A DNA stretch of 64,000 nucleotides from Octopus vulgaris (GCA_951406725.2 OX597814.1:32488001-32552000); one strand, 5' to 3'; shown: positions 29,266 through 42,638, counted from the stretch's first letter. The notes: generated by a model from the sequence alone, not told the origin. Made by a program: numbers and translations.

Positions 29266-29627
29266 TGATGTATCAATACCAGCTGATGACAACGTGTCTC
29301 TAAAAGAAATGGAGAAACTTTCAAAATACAAAGACCTGGAAATAGAGGTAACCAGAATGTGGAATCTAAAGACAGAAAAAATTCCTATCATAATAGGTGC
29401 ATTAGGCATGATAAAAAATATTCAGACAAATACATAACAAAAACACCAGGACTTACAAACTCATATAACATACAGAAAATTGCACTACTAGGCACTTCAC
29501 ACATCCTACGCAGAACACTTTCCATACAATAACCATCAGAGCATTACAATAAATCACAGCACATACCCAAGGCACACAGAGCTGTGCTCGGTAGTGAAGT
29601 GAAAGCACGATATAAAAAAATGTACTA

Positions 29628-29630
<3 letters not shown>
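29266..29630 (+). mobile_element. 5'-truncated R4/Dong-clade non-LTR retrotransposon (RLE endonuclease C-terminus plus 3' UTR), copy 1
   Basis: Encodes DVSIPADDNVSLKEMEKLSKYKDLEIEVTRMWNLK...IGALG...QKIALLGTSHILRRTL. (TAA)n lies immediately on both sides. Confidence 0.8.
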
Positions 29631-29675
<45 letters not shown>

Positions 29676-29677
<2 letters not shown>

Positions 29678-30251
29678 CAGAGTTGGAACCTACATACATT
29701 GGAAGCTATGCCAACATTATGGAATAACAACAGAAAAAAGATGGTATAGGCACACACCAGAAAAGGTCACAGAAAACGAGAAAGCAACCATACTCTGGGA
29801 TATGCCGATACACACAAATAGAGAAATTAAGGCCAACAGACCAGATATAGTTGTCAGAGATCATGAAGAAAAAAATGCTTTCTAATTGATGTATCAATAC
29901 CGGCAGATGACAACGTGTCTCTAAAAGAAATGGAGAAACTCTCAAAATACAAAGACCTGGAAATAGAGGTAACTAGAATGTGGAACCTGAAAACAGAAAC
30001 AATTCCTATCATAGTAGGTGCATTAGGCACGATAAAAAAATATTCAGACAAATACATAACAAAAACACCAGGACTTACAAACACATATAACATACAGAAA
30101 ATTGCACTACTAGGCACTGCACACATCCTACGCAGAACACTTTCCATACAATAACCATCAGAGCATCACAACAAATCACAGCACATACCCAAGGCACACA
30201 GAGCTGCGCTCGGTAGTGAAGTGAAAGCACGCTATAAAAATAAAACTACTG
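29676..30251 (+). mobile_element. 5'-truncated R4/Dong-clade non-LTR retrotransposon, copy 2
   Basis: RVGTYIHWKLCQHYG...NRPDIVVRDHEEK...IDVSIP...KEMEKLSKYKDL is a PD-(D/E)xK restriction-like endonuclease (frameshifted); stop at 30154. Same 3' UTR as copy 1; flanked by (TAA)n. Confidence 0.85.
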
Positions 30252-30998
30252 AATAATAATAATAATAATAATAATAACAACAACAACAACAATAATGAAA
30301 TCAAGAGATCATTGGATAGAATGTTTTGTTGCATTAATTTCTTTCCGAGTTCAAATCTCATCCATGTCCCCTTTGTATTCTGTTACATCATCTGAGATTC
30401 GATAAAACAGGGTATCTATCAAATACTGGGGTTAATATAATTCAAATATAAGTATTACGCTACAACATTTGACCCTGTGTCTCTGATGAATCTTATTTAT
30501 TATCATTCTAGCTTTAGGGTTCTCATACCAAATTTAGTTGCAAATGTAGTGTCGGATTTACAAATCCACAAACATTTTTATGCATATATGTATAATTCAA
30601 GCTTTGGGGCTGTTACCAAATATAGTTGGAAAAATACAATTTCACAAATATATATATTCTTTTTTACACTTCTTGGGTATAAGGCCTGCGCAAATCATAT
30701 TTTATTTTACCTTATATCATATTGTGGTCTACAAGCAATTGTCAATGTTAATAGCTTATGCATGCCAAACACACTCGAAAAGACAACAGATTCTATGTAT
30801 TACGTAAGCCGGTAAATACACACACAGTCACACACACACAAACTCACATACACACACATACTCTCATACACGCACACATATTGCTAGCGTCGTTTAATTT
30901 ATAAACTTTCGTGATAACGTAAAAAGATTCTGTTTTGGAACAGTGAATCTCGAAGCGCATTACACAGAATTATAAGCATGTATATATATCATTTAATT

Positions 30999-31371
30999 GT
31001 GGAGGCGCAATGGCCCAGTGGTTAGGGCAGTGGACTCGCGGTCATAGGATCGCGTTGTGAGTGTTTATTGAGCGAACACACCTAAAAGCTCCACGAGTCT
31101 CCGTCAGGGGATGGTGGTGATCCCTGCTGTACTCTTTCACCACAACTTTCTCTCACTCTTACTTCCTGTTTCTGTTGTACCTGTATTTCAAAGGGCCGGC
31201 CTTAGTCACTCTCTGTGTCACTCACGCTGAATATCCCCGAGAACTACATTAAGGGTACACGTGTCTGTGGAGTGCTCAGACGTTAACTTACACGTTAATT
31301 TCACGAGCAGGCTGTTCCGTTGATTCGGATCAACCGGAACCCTCGTCGTCGTAACCGACGGAGTGCTTCTC
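30999..31371 (+). mobile_element. tRNA-derived SINE family C, tail type 1 (B-box deleted)
   Basis: Head ggaggcgcaatggcccagtggttagggcag. Perfect 13-bp TSD atatcatttaatt (30986-30998 / 31372-31384). Confidence 0.88.
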
Positions 31372-31787
31372 ATATCATTTAATTATTAGCATGTAAATAT
31401 TTGGTGAATATATTCACAGCTGTACTCTTGTCTCCATAGAAAAACAGACTGTCTTCTCCTACTTGCCGTTTAAATTCCTAACAGTTGCTGATTGGCAGAG
31501 ATGATGAAAATTTTTTCAATCCACTTCTGTTCGCTGATTGTTGGTTTTTTTACCTTTCCCTCCACTTGAAATGACGATAATAATTTTAGTTATTTAATCA
31601 TGTCGCCTTTCTTTGTTCTTATTATTCAAATCCATACTACTGGTTACACTGACTTGCTCCACTTGGCTCGGTTTTGCTTGATATTTTGTGTGTGTATGTG
31701 TGTAATTATATATACGATACAGTGAATATGGCAAAAAATGAAGCATGACCTACAAACATTCATACAGCTAGGAGTGGCTGTGTGGTA

Positions 31788-31926
31788 AGTAGCTTGCTTA
31801 CCAAGCACATGGCTCTGGTTTCAGTCCCACTGCGTGGCACCTTGGGCAAGTGTCTTCTACTATAGCCTCGGGCCGACCAAAACCTTGTGAGTGGATTTGG
31901 TAGAAGGAAACTCAAAGAAGCCCGTC

Positions 31927-31963
<37 letters not shown>

Positions 31964-32181
31964 AGTGTGTGTGTATGTTTGAGTGTCTGTGTTTCTTGTA
32001 GTAACATTGCTTGACAACCGATGCTGGTGTGTTTATATCCCCGTAACTTAGCGGTTCAGCAAAAGAGACCGATCGAATAAGTACTGGGCTTACAAAGAAA
32101 AAAGTCACGGGGTCGATTTGATCAACTAAAGGCGGTGCTCCAGCATGGCCACAGTCAACTGACTGAACCCAGTAAAAGAGT
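31788..32181 (+). mobile_element. SINE family A
   Basis: Full-length match to the other family A copies. Confidence 0.88.
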
Positions 32182-32314
32182 AATAGAGCTACCCCTCCAT
32201 CCACCCACCCACCCATCCATTCATTCATTTACGCATACATACCTAAATATATACATGTTAAGATTACTTTCATCCATATTTACATTACTTACAAACGTAT
32301 ATATGCGCATGGAT

Positions 32315-32696
32315 GGAAGCACTTCGTCGGTTACGACGACGAGTGTTCCGGTTGATCCGATCAACGGAACAGCCTGCTCGTAAAATTAACGTGTAAGTGG
32401 CTGAGCACTCCACAGACACGTGTACCCTTAACGTAGTTCTCGGGGATATTCAGCGTGACACAGAGAGTGACAAGGCCGGCCCTTTGAAATACAGGTACAA
32501 CAGAAACAGGAAATAAGAGTGAGAGAAAGTTGTGGTGAAAGAGTACAGCAGGGATCACCACCATCCCCTGCCGGAGCCTCGTGGAACTTTAGGTGTTTTC
32601 GCTCAATAAACACTCATATCGCCCGGTCTGGGAATCGAAACCGCGATCCTACGACCGCGAGTCCACTTCCCTAACCACTGGGCCATTGCGCCTCTA
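32315..32696 (-). mobile_element. SINE family C, tail type 1
   Basis: Reverse complement of 30999-31371 with the B-box intact (ggtttcgattccc). TSD atatgcgcat(g/a)gat at 32301-32314 / 32697-32710. Confidence 0.88.
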
Positions 32697-33974
32697 ATAT
32701 GCGCATAGATATACACGCACGTAAGTATACAATAGCTACGACCCCGCTGCAGAAACTAAAGAAACAGGAAAGGTTATCAACAAGGTTAAATGATGTGATT
32801 AACATTGTGCATATGCGAGTCAAATCACGCACATATTACACATACGCATTCGTGTATGAGTACGCACACACACACATATATAGGCAGAAATATAATACAT
32901 ATACACTCACACATATATCAACACACTCCCACGGGTACACACACTCATACATACATACACACACATTTTTGCACATACGCACATGCACACTTAAACGTAC
33001 ACGGACTAACATTTCTTAGACATGACCTACATAAAAAATAATTAAGAATTAATAAAAAATAATATTATTTATATAGTAGAAAATAAAAAAAAATATTATT
33101 TATATAGTAGATAACAGTGCTAATTAAACCGAGCTCAACTAAATAATAACCTTTTGGTTTAAATATTTGAAAATAAATGAGCAGTTAACTATATATAACT
33201 ATAATCATACCGACAACTATCATCATAGTTGCACTGATTCTGTTCGTAATCAATACAGATTATTGTATAGTTTCTTGTTTTTATTAAGGTTAAACTTTAT
33301 AATATAGTAACTTATAAATTAGTTATAAGGTTGCACTTAACAGGGCTGATTATAGTCGATTACTTAGAACTTTGTCCTTGATTTAGATGTTTAAATTATC
33401 GGAACACATGGCAAAATATATTTGGTGGAATTCATACTCGAAATCTAAATAAACGTAACTAAATCCTGTAATGTAATTTTTCCGATGCTCTACACTTTTG
33501 TTATCAAAATCCGACATATTTCTCGTGATATTTCCACCCATAATTGGGTGTTGTTGCTATAATTTAAAGCTGAGAGGTTCATTTTACATTGGCAGTAAGT
33601 GAGTGAGTGAGTCTGTCTGTCTGTCTGTGTATCATTGCGTCAGTTTGTGTGGATGATTGAGTGTGAGTTTGTATGGGTGATTGAGTGTGTGTCGCTGTTT
33701 GTGTGCATGTGTGTGTTTGTGGATGTGTTCGTATTTGCGTACATTAATGGATGAATGAGTGGTAAGGTGTCACGATGGTAGACGTTTAAGCTGCTCAACG
33801 TATGAGAAGGGCATGATCGTTGCCAAATTTGAAATTCTACCTCTCTGAGATCAATAGGATGTTACTGGACAATTAAGGACCAAACATTGTTTCTATTAAT
33901 CACGTGACCAAGATGTTAAGATATTCTTTTCGCATCCACTTCATAGCATCGTGGTCTTTATTATAACAAGTAAG

Positions 33975-34350
33975 ACGTAGAGCTGGTAGAACCGTTAGCA
34001 AGTTGGACAAATTCTGAGTTGAAATTTTGCCGAGGTCAATTTTGTATTTCATTCGTTCAAGATCGATTAAATATGTACCAGTTGAACACTGGGGTCAATT
34101 TATTCGACTACAACTTCCCCTAAAATTGTTGGCCTCTTATATTAAAATTGGTAAGAGTTAGAAAGAATTATAACCACGAATAAGGTAACGAGCCGACAGA
34201 ACCTTTCTGGACTTAAATTCCGAGGAGGTCGACTTTGCTTTTCATCCTTTCGAAGTCAATGAAATAAGAACCAGTAAAGTACTGGAGTCGATGTAATCGA
34301 CTTGTCCCTTCCATCAAAAACTGCAGGTCCTGTGCTAAAATTTGAAACCG
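33975..34350 (+). mobile_element. Two old, degenerate family B SINE copies
   Basis: agctggtagaaccgttagca...ccgaggtcaattttg...; a second copy gaggtcgactttgcttttcatcctttcg... Confidence 0.6.
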
Positions 34351-34529
34351 TTATAAACACGAAGCGACCCAAGCACTCGAAGTGAATTTGGGTAAACGGA
34401 AAAGGTAGAGAAGCATCGGATGGAAAGTTTCCCTAATACTAAAATCCACCCTCATCACAATGTATCATGTTAATTCTCCATCAAAATTAAGCGAAAGATA
34501 GATGTGTTTACAGATCTCTCAGCTACACA

Positions 34530-34581
<52 letters not shown>

Positions 34582-34871
34582 CATTCACATACACACATAT
34601 ACATATATGTGTGACTTTTGTATGTTTGTCTATATTTTTGTACTTGCCCAGTGAACTAGTGGTTGCTAAAATGAATACCAAACAGAAGAAAAATAAAAGC
34701 ATTGTGTATAAGCTCCAATATGATGGACTACAATCAGTCGAGGGATTATTGTTGCTTGACCACAGTCCACAGACTGAAATAAGACAGTTAATACGTGCAC
34801 GCGCGCGCACACAACACACACATACACACACACACAATCATGCTAAAGATTGCAGGATAGTACAGGGTACA

Positions 34872-35220
34872 AGGCGGCGAGCTGGCAAACTCGTTAGCAC
34901 GCCGGGCGAAATGCTTTGTAGTATTTTCTCCGCCGCTGCGTTCTGAGTTCAAATTCCGCCGTGGTCGATTTTGTATTTCATGCTTTCGGGGTCGATAAAT
35001 TAAGTACCAGTGATGCACTGGGGTCGACGTAATCGACTTAATCTGTTTGTCTGTCCTTGTTTGTCTCCTCTGTGTTTAGCCCCGTAGTAAAGAAATAGGC
35101 ATTTCGTCTGTCTTTACGTTCTGAGTTCATATTCCACCGCGGTAGACTTTCCCTTTAATCCTACTGGGGTCGATAAATTAAGTACCAAATTTCGGGCCTT
35201 GTGCCTAGAGTAGAAAAGGA
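34872..35220 (+). mobile_element. SINE family B, dimeric form
   Basis: Full monomer, then a second body (atttcgtctgtctttacgttctgagttc...) ending in the alternative tail tttcgggccttgtgcctagagtagaaaagg. aggatagtaca repeated at 34854-34864 and 35217-35227. Confidence 0.82.
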
Positions 35221-36071
35221 TAGTACATGGCAAGCTATTCAAGCTCGTCCAATTTATTGTATTATCGGGGCATGAAACTCATTCTAGTTTCCATTTAAAA
35301 TCTGTTTATTAACTGATATTTATATCTCGCTGCATGAAGTATTTATTTTTTCTGTTGATCCTACTAATAACTAAACAGTACCTTCACATTACACACACTC
35401 ACAGACACACACATACATACATACATACATACACACATTCAGGCTCACAAATATACACGCACCTATATGCATACACATGTGGAAGCGTATGGGTGTGTGA
35501 TGTAGAATTAGAGAAGGTGGCGGACAAGCAAAAAAAAAAATAATAAATATGCAACAAAAATGATGTAGGAAGCGAAAATTGTTTGCTTTAGTGTGAGAAG
35601 AAGGCGTGTGATAATTGCAGGCATGTAATAGAAAGAAGTTTAATGGGAGGGGAGCAAAGGACACGTTTTAAAAGATAAAATGGGGTGGAAGTAACTGCAA
35701 CACTGAATGATTGCATTGATGAGAGGTGAGAAAAGTGGGTGGAGTGTGATATTTAGAGGGGGGGAAGAAATAGAGAACGAGATATTGAAAGAGAGGGAGG
35801 GAGAGAGAGAGAGAGAAACAGAGCGAAGGTGTGCTCTGTGTGTAGTGAGACAGTGGACACAAAGGAGAGATAAAAGAGAGGGGGAGAGGTAGAGAGAAAG
35901 AGAGAGGGAGAGAGAGGGAGAGCATGTCTTTATGCATGTGAGAGGTGATGCGAAAAGGAGAAGTATTGAAATTTTGAAAGCTTTTTGTACATATATCGTG
36001 CATGATATAGGGATATATGTATTTTGTGTGTGTGTGTGTGTGTGCGTCTTTGTGTATATTTTCATGAACAC

Positions 36072-36104
<33 letters not shown>

Positions 36105-36117
36105 CATATATATACCT

Positions 36118-36178
<61 letters not shown>

Positions 36179-36801
36179 CCTGCATATGTATTTATGTATG
36201 CATATGAATATACGTGTATGCATGGACAAACAGGCACATACAAATGCACATGACTATTCCTTGGTCGGTCTCGATTGGTGAGCGGCTTAGTCGTTCTATT
36301 ATCTGATCTAACACGATGATGATCATTAAATTAACAAGTTAATGGACGAGTTATTCGTAACATAGCTCTCAACACTTCTTCATTTCTGAAGCACAGCTTC
36401 TGAAGAATGGCTTCCCCACAAAACTCTCCGAGACTTACTGTAACCAGTTCCGTGGGTAAAACGGTGGAGAGAGACAGAGAGAGAGAAAGAGAGAGAGAGA
36501 GAGGGAGGGAGAGAGAGAATATACGGTATCAGTACTTAACAGGTACTTATCAGACAAATTTAAGATCGGCAGGATTTGAACTAAGCTCTGTCGATGTGAA
36601 TATACACACCTTGTGAACCAACCACTCTACGAAAATGTCGCTGCACACACCCTCACCCACATACACACATGCAAACATATATATATATATATACATATCT
36701 ATGTATACAACGCACAAGCACATGCACACGCATGTAAATACAAGGTGTGCTGAATAATTTTCCCCTTAAAATCTTTCTACTTCCCTATCTTTCAATCATA
36801 C

Positions 36802-36860
<59 letters not shown>

Positions 36861-36874
36861 TTTATATATACATA

Positions 36875-36928
<54 letters not shown>

Positions 36929-36949
36929 AATTTACACACACACACACAT

Positions 36950-36991
<42 letters not shown>

Positions 36992-37079
36992 CAATAGATT
37001 CACTATACACTCAAGTATATATATTTTTCTCCCGCGCTCTCTCATTTGGACGTTTTCTATTTCTCTTATTCCCCCCTCT

Positions 37080-37115
<36 letters not shown>

Positions 37116-37725
37116 GTCTCCCTTTTTATTTCTGTCATTCTTCCTGTTTTCTTCATTATATCTCTGTCTTTCTTTCTGCCTATCTTTCGCACCTTTTCTT
37201 TCTTTCTTTCATTCTTTCCTTCTTTCTTTCTTTCTCTCTCTCTCTCTCTCTCTCTGTGCCTTTTTCTTCCCACCCCACCTTCTCTCTTTCTTATTTATTT
37301 CCACAGCTACCACTACCAACGCCACTGAATGTCTAAGCCCTGTCTTACAGACACAGCTGTATGTTCTGCAGTAACACACAGGGAAACCCGATGCCCAACG
37401 GCACGAAAAAATATAAATGAAATAAAATAATAACAATAAAATTGAATAAAAGTGAAGATAAATATTAAAATAATATATAGGAAAAAAAACAAAAAACAAA
37501 CGTAACAACAACGACAATAAAAATATAAAATAAACAGAATAAAAAATATTGAAAAGAGAATATATATATGTGCGTATGTGTGTGTGTGTGTGTAGTCTCA
37601 TGTAGTTGTGTGTTTATGTGTGTGTATGTGTACGTAACAGAAATAAACGTCTAATTGCAAGTCCTTTTTCTGTTGTTTTATTTTTCTTTCTTTCCTTCTC
37701 TATCCCTCCACATCTTTCTCTCTCT

Positions 37726-37775
<50 letters not shown>

Positions 37776-37945
37776 GTGCCCATTCTCCATTCATTCCGCT
37801 TCAAAGAAACTACACTTCTTTGTCTAATGTGTTATTTGTAACCAGATGATTCCCCCCCGAGGTAGTATTAACATTTGTGTGCAAGAATCAGCTAAGGATA
37901 GAGGTGCCAAGTTTTGTCCCATCTGCCCTAGCACAGTTCTCTCTC

Positions 37946-38002
37946 CCTACTTTAGCCCCTGGGTGTAAATGGCGGTATGTTTATCCCAGTGGTTGAAGTA
38001 GG
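37946..38002 (+). ncRNA. Candidate pre-miRNA-like hairpin (intronic)
   Basis: cctactttagcccctgggtgtaaat-ggcggtat-gtttatcccagtggttgaagtagg folds by eye into ~23 pairs with one mismatch and one bulge; the G-U pairs work only on the + strand. No known mature miRNA recognised. Confidence 0.35.
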
Positions 38003-38670
38003 CTGCCTCTATCCACATGCGCGTTGACCCGTACAGCAGAGGAGAGGCTGACTACAGAGTCGGTTTAAATATCATAGATTTGTTTCTTCTAGTCTCTGGG
38101 GGGAAAGAGAAAAAGAGCACGGGAGTGTAAGAAAGAAGGCGAGGAGAGGAGAGGAGAAAGAAGGAACCAAAGAAACAAAAAGAGTATGAGAAAAAGAGGT
38201 GAGGCAAATAATTGTGCTGGGAGGCTGAGAACAAGAGATGCTGGGTGGTGCAATCTTGCCTAGCAATAAATGACATTTGAAGAATTGTGGAAATATACAT
38301 GGCTTTGAACTTGATCGGAGATATATTCTTCTGGTTGCCATGACGAAAGGAACTCACCCTTTGATCATTCGCCACAAGCAAAAAAGGGGCTCAGGAATCG
38401 GTATAATTGAATCGAAATGCCTGCACACAAAGAATATTTTACACCAAAACGGGGGCGGTCTGTAATGAACCGTAGGATGTGCCCGGCGGGGTCTCAAGGT
38501 CTTTTGCAGTATGCACTCTTCCATCTGATACACATTCATGTATATACGCGCATACATATGCACATGAATATACATGCATTCACAGAGATATGCATACATG
38601 TATACGCAGCCATTCATACAAAGACACATGTATACATGAGAAAGTTTAAACAGATGTATCTATCTATCTA

Positions 38671-38767
<97 letters not shown>

Positions 38768-38894
38768 TATATGTATATATATACACACACGCATACATAC
38801 ATATGTGTGTGAGTGTGTCTATATGCGTATACACACACTCACACGCACGCAGTCACTTAAGTAGACAGATACATTTGTAGTACAAATATATTTG

Positions 38895-39030
<136 letters not shown>

Positions 39031-39190
39031 CGTAACTACAAAAATGCATACATGTATTTCATGCAACACATACATACATGCTTATCGACATTAATGCTTG
39101 CGTGCATAACATACACACACAACACACACATACTTGCCATTCAATACATGCATTCAGTCATACTTGCATAAACAGACAGACAGACAGGCT

Positions 39191-39265
<75 letters not shown>

Positions 39266-39467
39266 GGATGGATAGCTGCGTGCGTACAAACATACATTCA
39301 TACATGCATACATAGCTAGGCTCTTTCTGTGCTACGAATAAAAGGAACAATGATAATTAGAAGCTCACAGATGAAGAATAAAAAGATATCTTGATAAGCA
39401 CGGAAAAAGATAGTGTGAGCAAGAGAGAAGAGAGAGGGAGAGAAACGTAAGAAGACAAGAAAACTTA

Positions 39468-39508
<41 letters not shown>

Positions 39509-39717
39509 GAATGAGAGATTATTGCCTCTAACCGTTAAAGCAATAAAATAGACGATATATAACCTGCCGGCTTATTCAATCAAAACGATGCGTGTATATG
39601 TATATATAAGCGCCTCACATTGCTGTTGTTCTCAACTCTTCTCGCCTCAGATGAGAGGAAAATCATGCTCGTTCATCGATCTTACTTTTCTCATTCCGTT
39701 TGCTTTTCCCTCAGTTT

Positions 39718-39760
<43 letters not shown>

Positions 39761-39897
39761 ATATTCTTTTCTATTTCTTCTTTTCACCTACCCTCATATT
39801 TATTTTTTTACTTTATCATATTTTGTTTCCAGCAATTTTTTTTATTCCGCCCCAACTCCTTTCTGTAATAATTAGTGTCGAATTAGATGTTCCAATG

Positions 39898-39987
<90 letters not shown>

Positions 39988-40224
39988 TGTGTCTGTGTGT
40001 GCCTATGTGTGAATGTATTGTGAGATTTGTGTATGTTTAGTCACCACAAACAAGCACACACTTACAGACACACATACACATTTATGAATTCGAATATACG
40101 AACGTGGAAAGAAATTTGCTCACTACATTCACTGAGTATTATTCTAAGCTGAGGTTTCAATCCATTGCTAGTCCGTTATATAATAATCGCCGGCTCAGAA
40201 TGGCCAAAGTGTCTGTTTCACATG

Positions 40225-40298
<74 letters not shown>

Positions 40299-40774
40299 TT
40301 ATCAAATTTTACTTGAGTGATGACAGACTGTCCGATGAAGGCTAACGGACTGAAATCTCGAAGACACTAGCGCCACTAGTAAAAGTATAACCAATATGTA
40401 CTCTACTTAAAATATCGAGTAATCCTTGAGTTTAGCGTAAAATTGTTTTTAACATTACTCGAGATAAAAGCAAACATTCATGCGTGTGTGTGTGTGGGTG
40501 GGGGTCTGTATTGATTTCTTTTCTACGTCAGTTGCTGTTTTCCTGTAAGCAACGTCTTATACATGTATGTATGCATCTGTATGGAGTCGATTATTTCAGC
40601 TAAATCCTTAAAGGCAGTGCAATGCAATGACTTGAACAAGTAAAAAATAAGCGGCTAGAGACATGGATTCAAACATACACCCGTAAAGGAACAAAGAAAT
40701 AACTTTAGAAAAAAGGGACATTGTCATGGTAATAGGATACAAAATATACGTAACTATTCATAATCTTTGCATGA

Positions 40775-41057
40775 TCTTTTACTTATCACAGTCACTAGAT
40801 TGCGGCCATGATTGAGCACCACCTTGAAAAGGTTTACTCAAACGAATCAACCCCAGTGCCTTTTTTTAAAGCCTGGTGCTAAGACACAAAGTCACGCACT
40901 TCTTTCAGTTTCGTCTGCCAAATCCACTGACAACTGACAAAGCTTTGATGGAACCGAGGCAATAGAAAATATTTGCCCAAAATGACATACTATGGGACTG
41001 AAACCGGGATTCCGTGGCTGGGAAGCAAACTACTTACCACACAGCCGTCCCTGCGCT
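40775..41057 (-). mobile_element. Degenerate SINE family A
   Basis: cttttactt...tgcggccatg...cttctttcagttt...tacttaccacacagcc. Confidence 0.65.
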
Positions 41058-41222
41058 TGATACATTTTCATTTTCTCTTGGTGTTGTCCATTACAAAATT
41101 ATTTCTAATAGATTTTTTTCTCTGGTATAATTTTTTTTCTGTCGATTGAACAATACAATAAACTATGGGTATAACCCGTTTTCCTATTTATCATCGCCTA
41201 TTTCATAGTACGATCATTCTCT

Positions 41223-41262
<40 letters not shown>

Positions 41263-41267
<5 letters not shown>

Positions 41268-41886
41268 TTTCGTCACCAGTCAAAAGTCTATCCAAAGAGG
41301 GTGAAATGAGTTCGCGAGAATGGAGAGAAGAGCAGATATCAACTCTGGATTTGCGGTTGCTTTCGGACAATTCATGAGGTACCCATTTTCCAAGTTTAGG
41401 AACCTTTCCCAGTTATTGAAGATGATGATGAGCAGTTGTATGGTTTCAACTAAGCTTTATTGCCAATTCTTCAACTGATAATGCAGGATTTTCTTCAAGT
41501 AATGCCTGAAGGAGCTTATCATTAAACTCAACTGGACGTCCTGTTCGATCTTCATCTGCAAGGCTGAAATCCCCACTTCTGAATTTTGTGAACCATCTTC
41601 TGCAAGTTCTTTCATTCAAGCATTCTTTCCCATAAACTGAGTGTATGTTTCGAGTCGCTTCGGCTGCAGAGTGTCCTTTTTTGTACTCATAAAGCATTAT
41701 GTGCCTTAAATGCTCTTTGGATATTTCTATATTAGAAAAGGTTTCTGTTAAATAATATTTAATTAGCTTAAATGTACACAAATGCATAAAAATAATTCTT
41801 AATTCCATCAAACATTCTAAAATACTATTAAATTTCATTCAATTTTAAAAAAGGTAAAATTGGACAAAACTTATGGGATGACCTGA
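41263..41886 (-). mobile_element. Mariner transposon relic (5' TIR and N-terminal half of the transposase)
   Basis: HLRHIMLYEYKKGHSAAEATRNI...RRWFTKFRSGDFSLADEDRTGRP (Mos1/SETMAR-type HTH), then GKWVPHEL and LLTGDEK past two stops. TIR-like tcaggtcatcccataagttttgtcc next to TA. Truncated at (TA)n. Confidence 0.9.
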
Positions 41887-42188
41887 TATATATATAACTT
41901 TTTTTAACCACTCCATATCAAAAACTAACCTGCTGTTAGTATATTTTTGAATATTCACATAGTATTCACATTCAGAATAGAGAGAAATGAGATGCGATTT
42001 TTATCAAATTCGAAGTACATTAAAAATTAACACAAGAGTACTTTCGTTAAAAGAATGGAAATCGGGTTTTAACAAGCTAGGATCAGCAGAGAAATTGTTT
42101 GTACTACACTATTCTATGTACAGCATGAAAAATCTGTGGCAGATGAACAATCAAGTAGTAGAAATGTAGGAATAAATAACTTGTAAGT

Positions 42189-42638
42189 AGGCGGCGAGCT
42201 GGCAGAAACGTTAGCACGCCGGGCGAAATGCGTAGCCGTATTTCGTTTGCCGTTACGTTCTGAGTTCAAATTCCACCGAGGTCGACTTTGCCTTTCATCC
42301 TTTCGGGGTCGATTAAATAAGTGCCAGTTACGCACTGGGGTCGATGTAATCGATTTAGTCCCTTTGTCTGTCCTTGTTTGTCCCCTCTATGTTTAGCCCC
42401 TTGTGGGCAATAAAGAAATAAGAAACATTAGCACGCCGGGCGAAATGCGTAGCCGTATTTCGTCTGCCGTTACGTTCTGAGTTCAAATTCCGCCGAGGTC
42501 GACTTTGCCTTTCATCCTTTCGGGGTCGATTAAATAAGTACCAGTTACGCACTGGGGTCGATGTAATCGATTTAGTCCCTTTGTCTGTCCTTGTTTGTCC
42601 CGTCTATGTTTAGCCCCTTGTGGGCAATAAAGAATTAT
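42189..42638 (+). mobile_element. SINE family B head-to-tail dimer
   Basis: Monomers at 42189-42420 and 42421-42638 inside a single 17-bp TSD ataa(a/g)taacttgtaagt (42172-42188 / 42639-42655). Confidence 0.88.

Noticed and set aside
36407-36460. Possible first coding exon MASPQNSPRLTVTSSV with a GT donor
   Set aside because: Weak donor (GTAAAA), phase incompatible with the phase-2 acceptor at 45051, and it lacks the HIDVGG segment.
37934-38060. H/ACA snoRNA interpretation of the hairpin region
   Set aside because: No ANANNA hinge after the first hairpin and no pseudouridylation pocket.
41446-41838. SETMAR-like domesticated gene
   Set aside because: In-frame stops, truncation after TGDEK, an adjacent TIR and no SET domain; it is a dead mariner.
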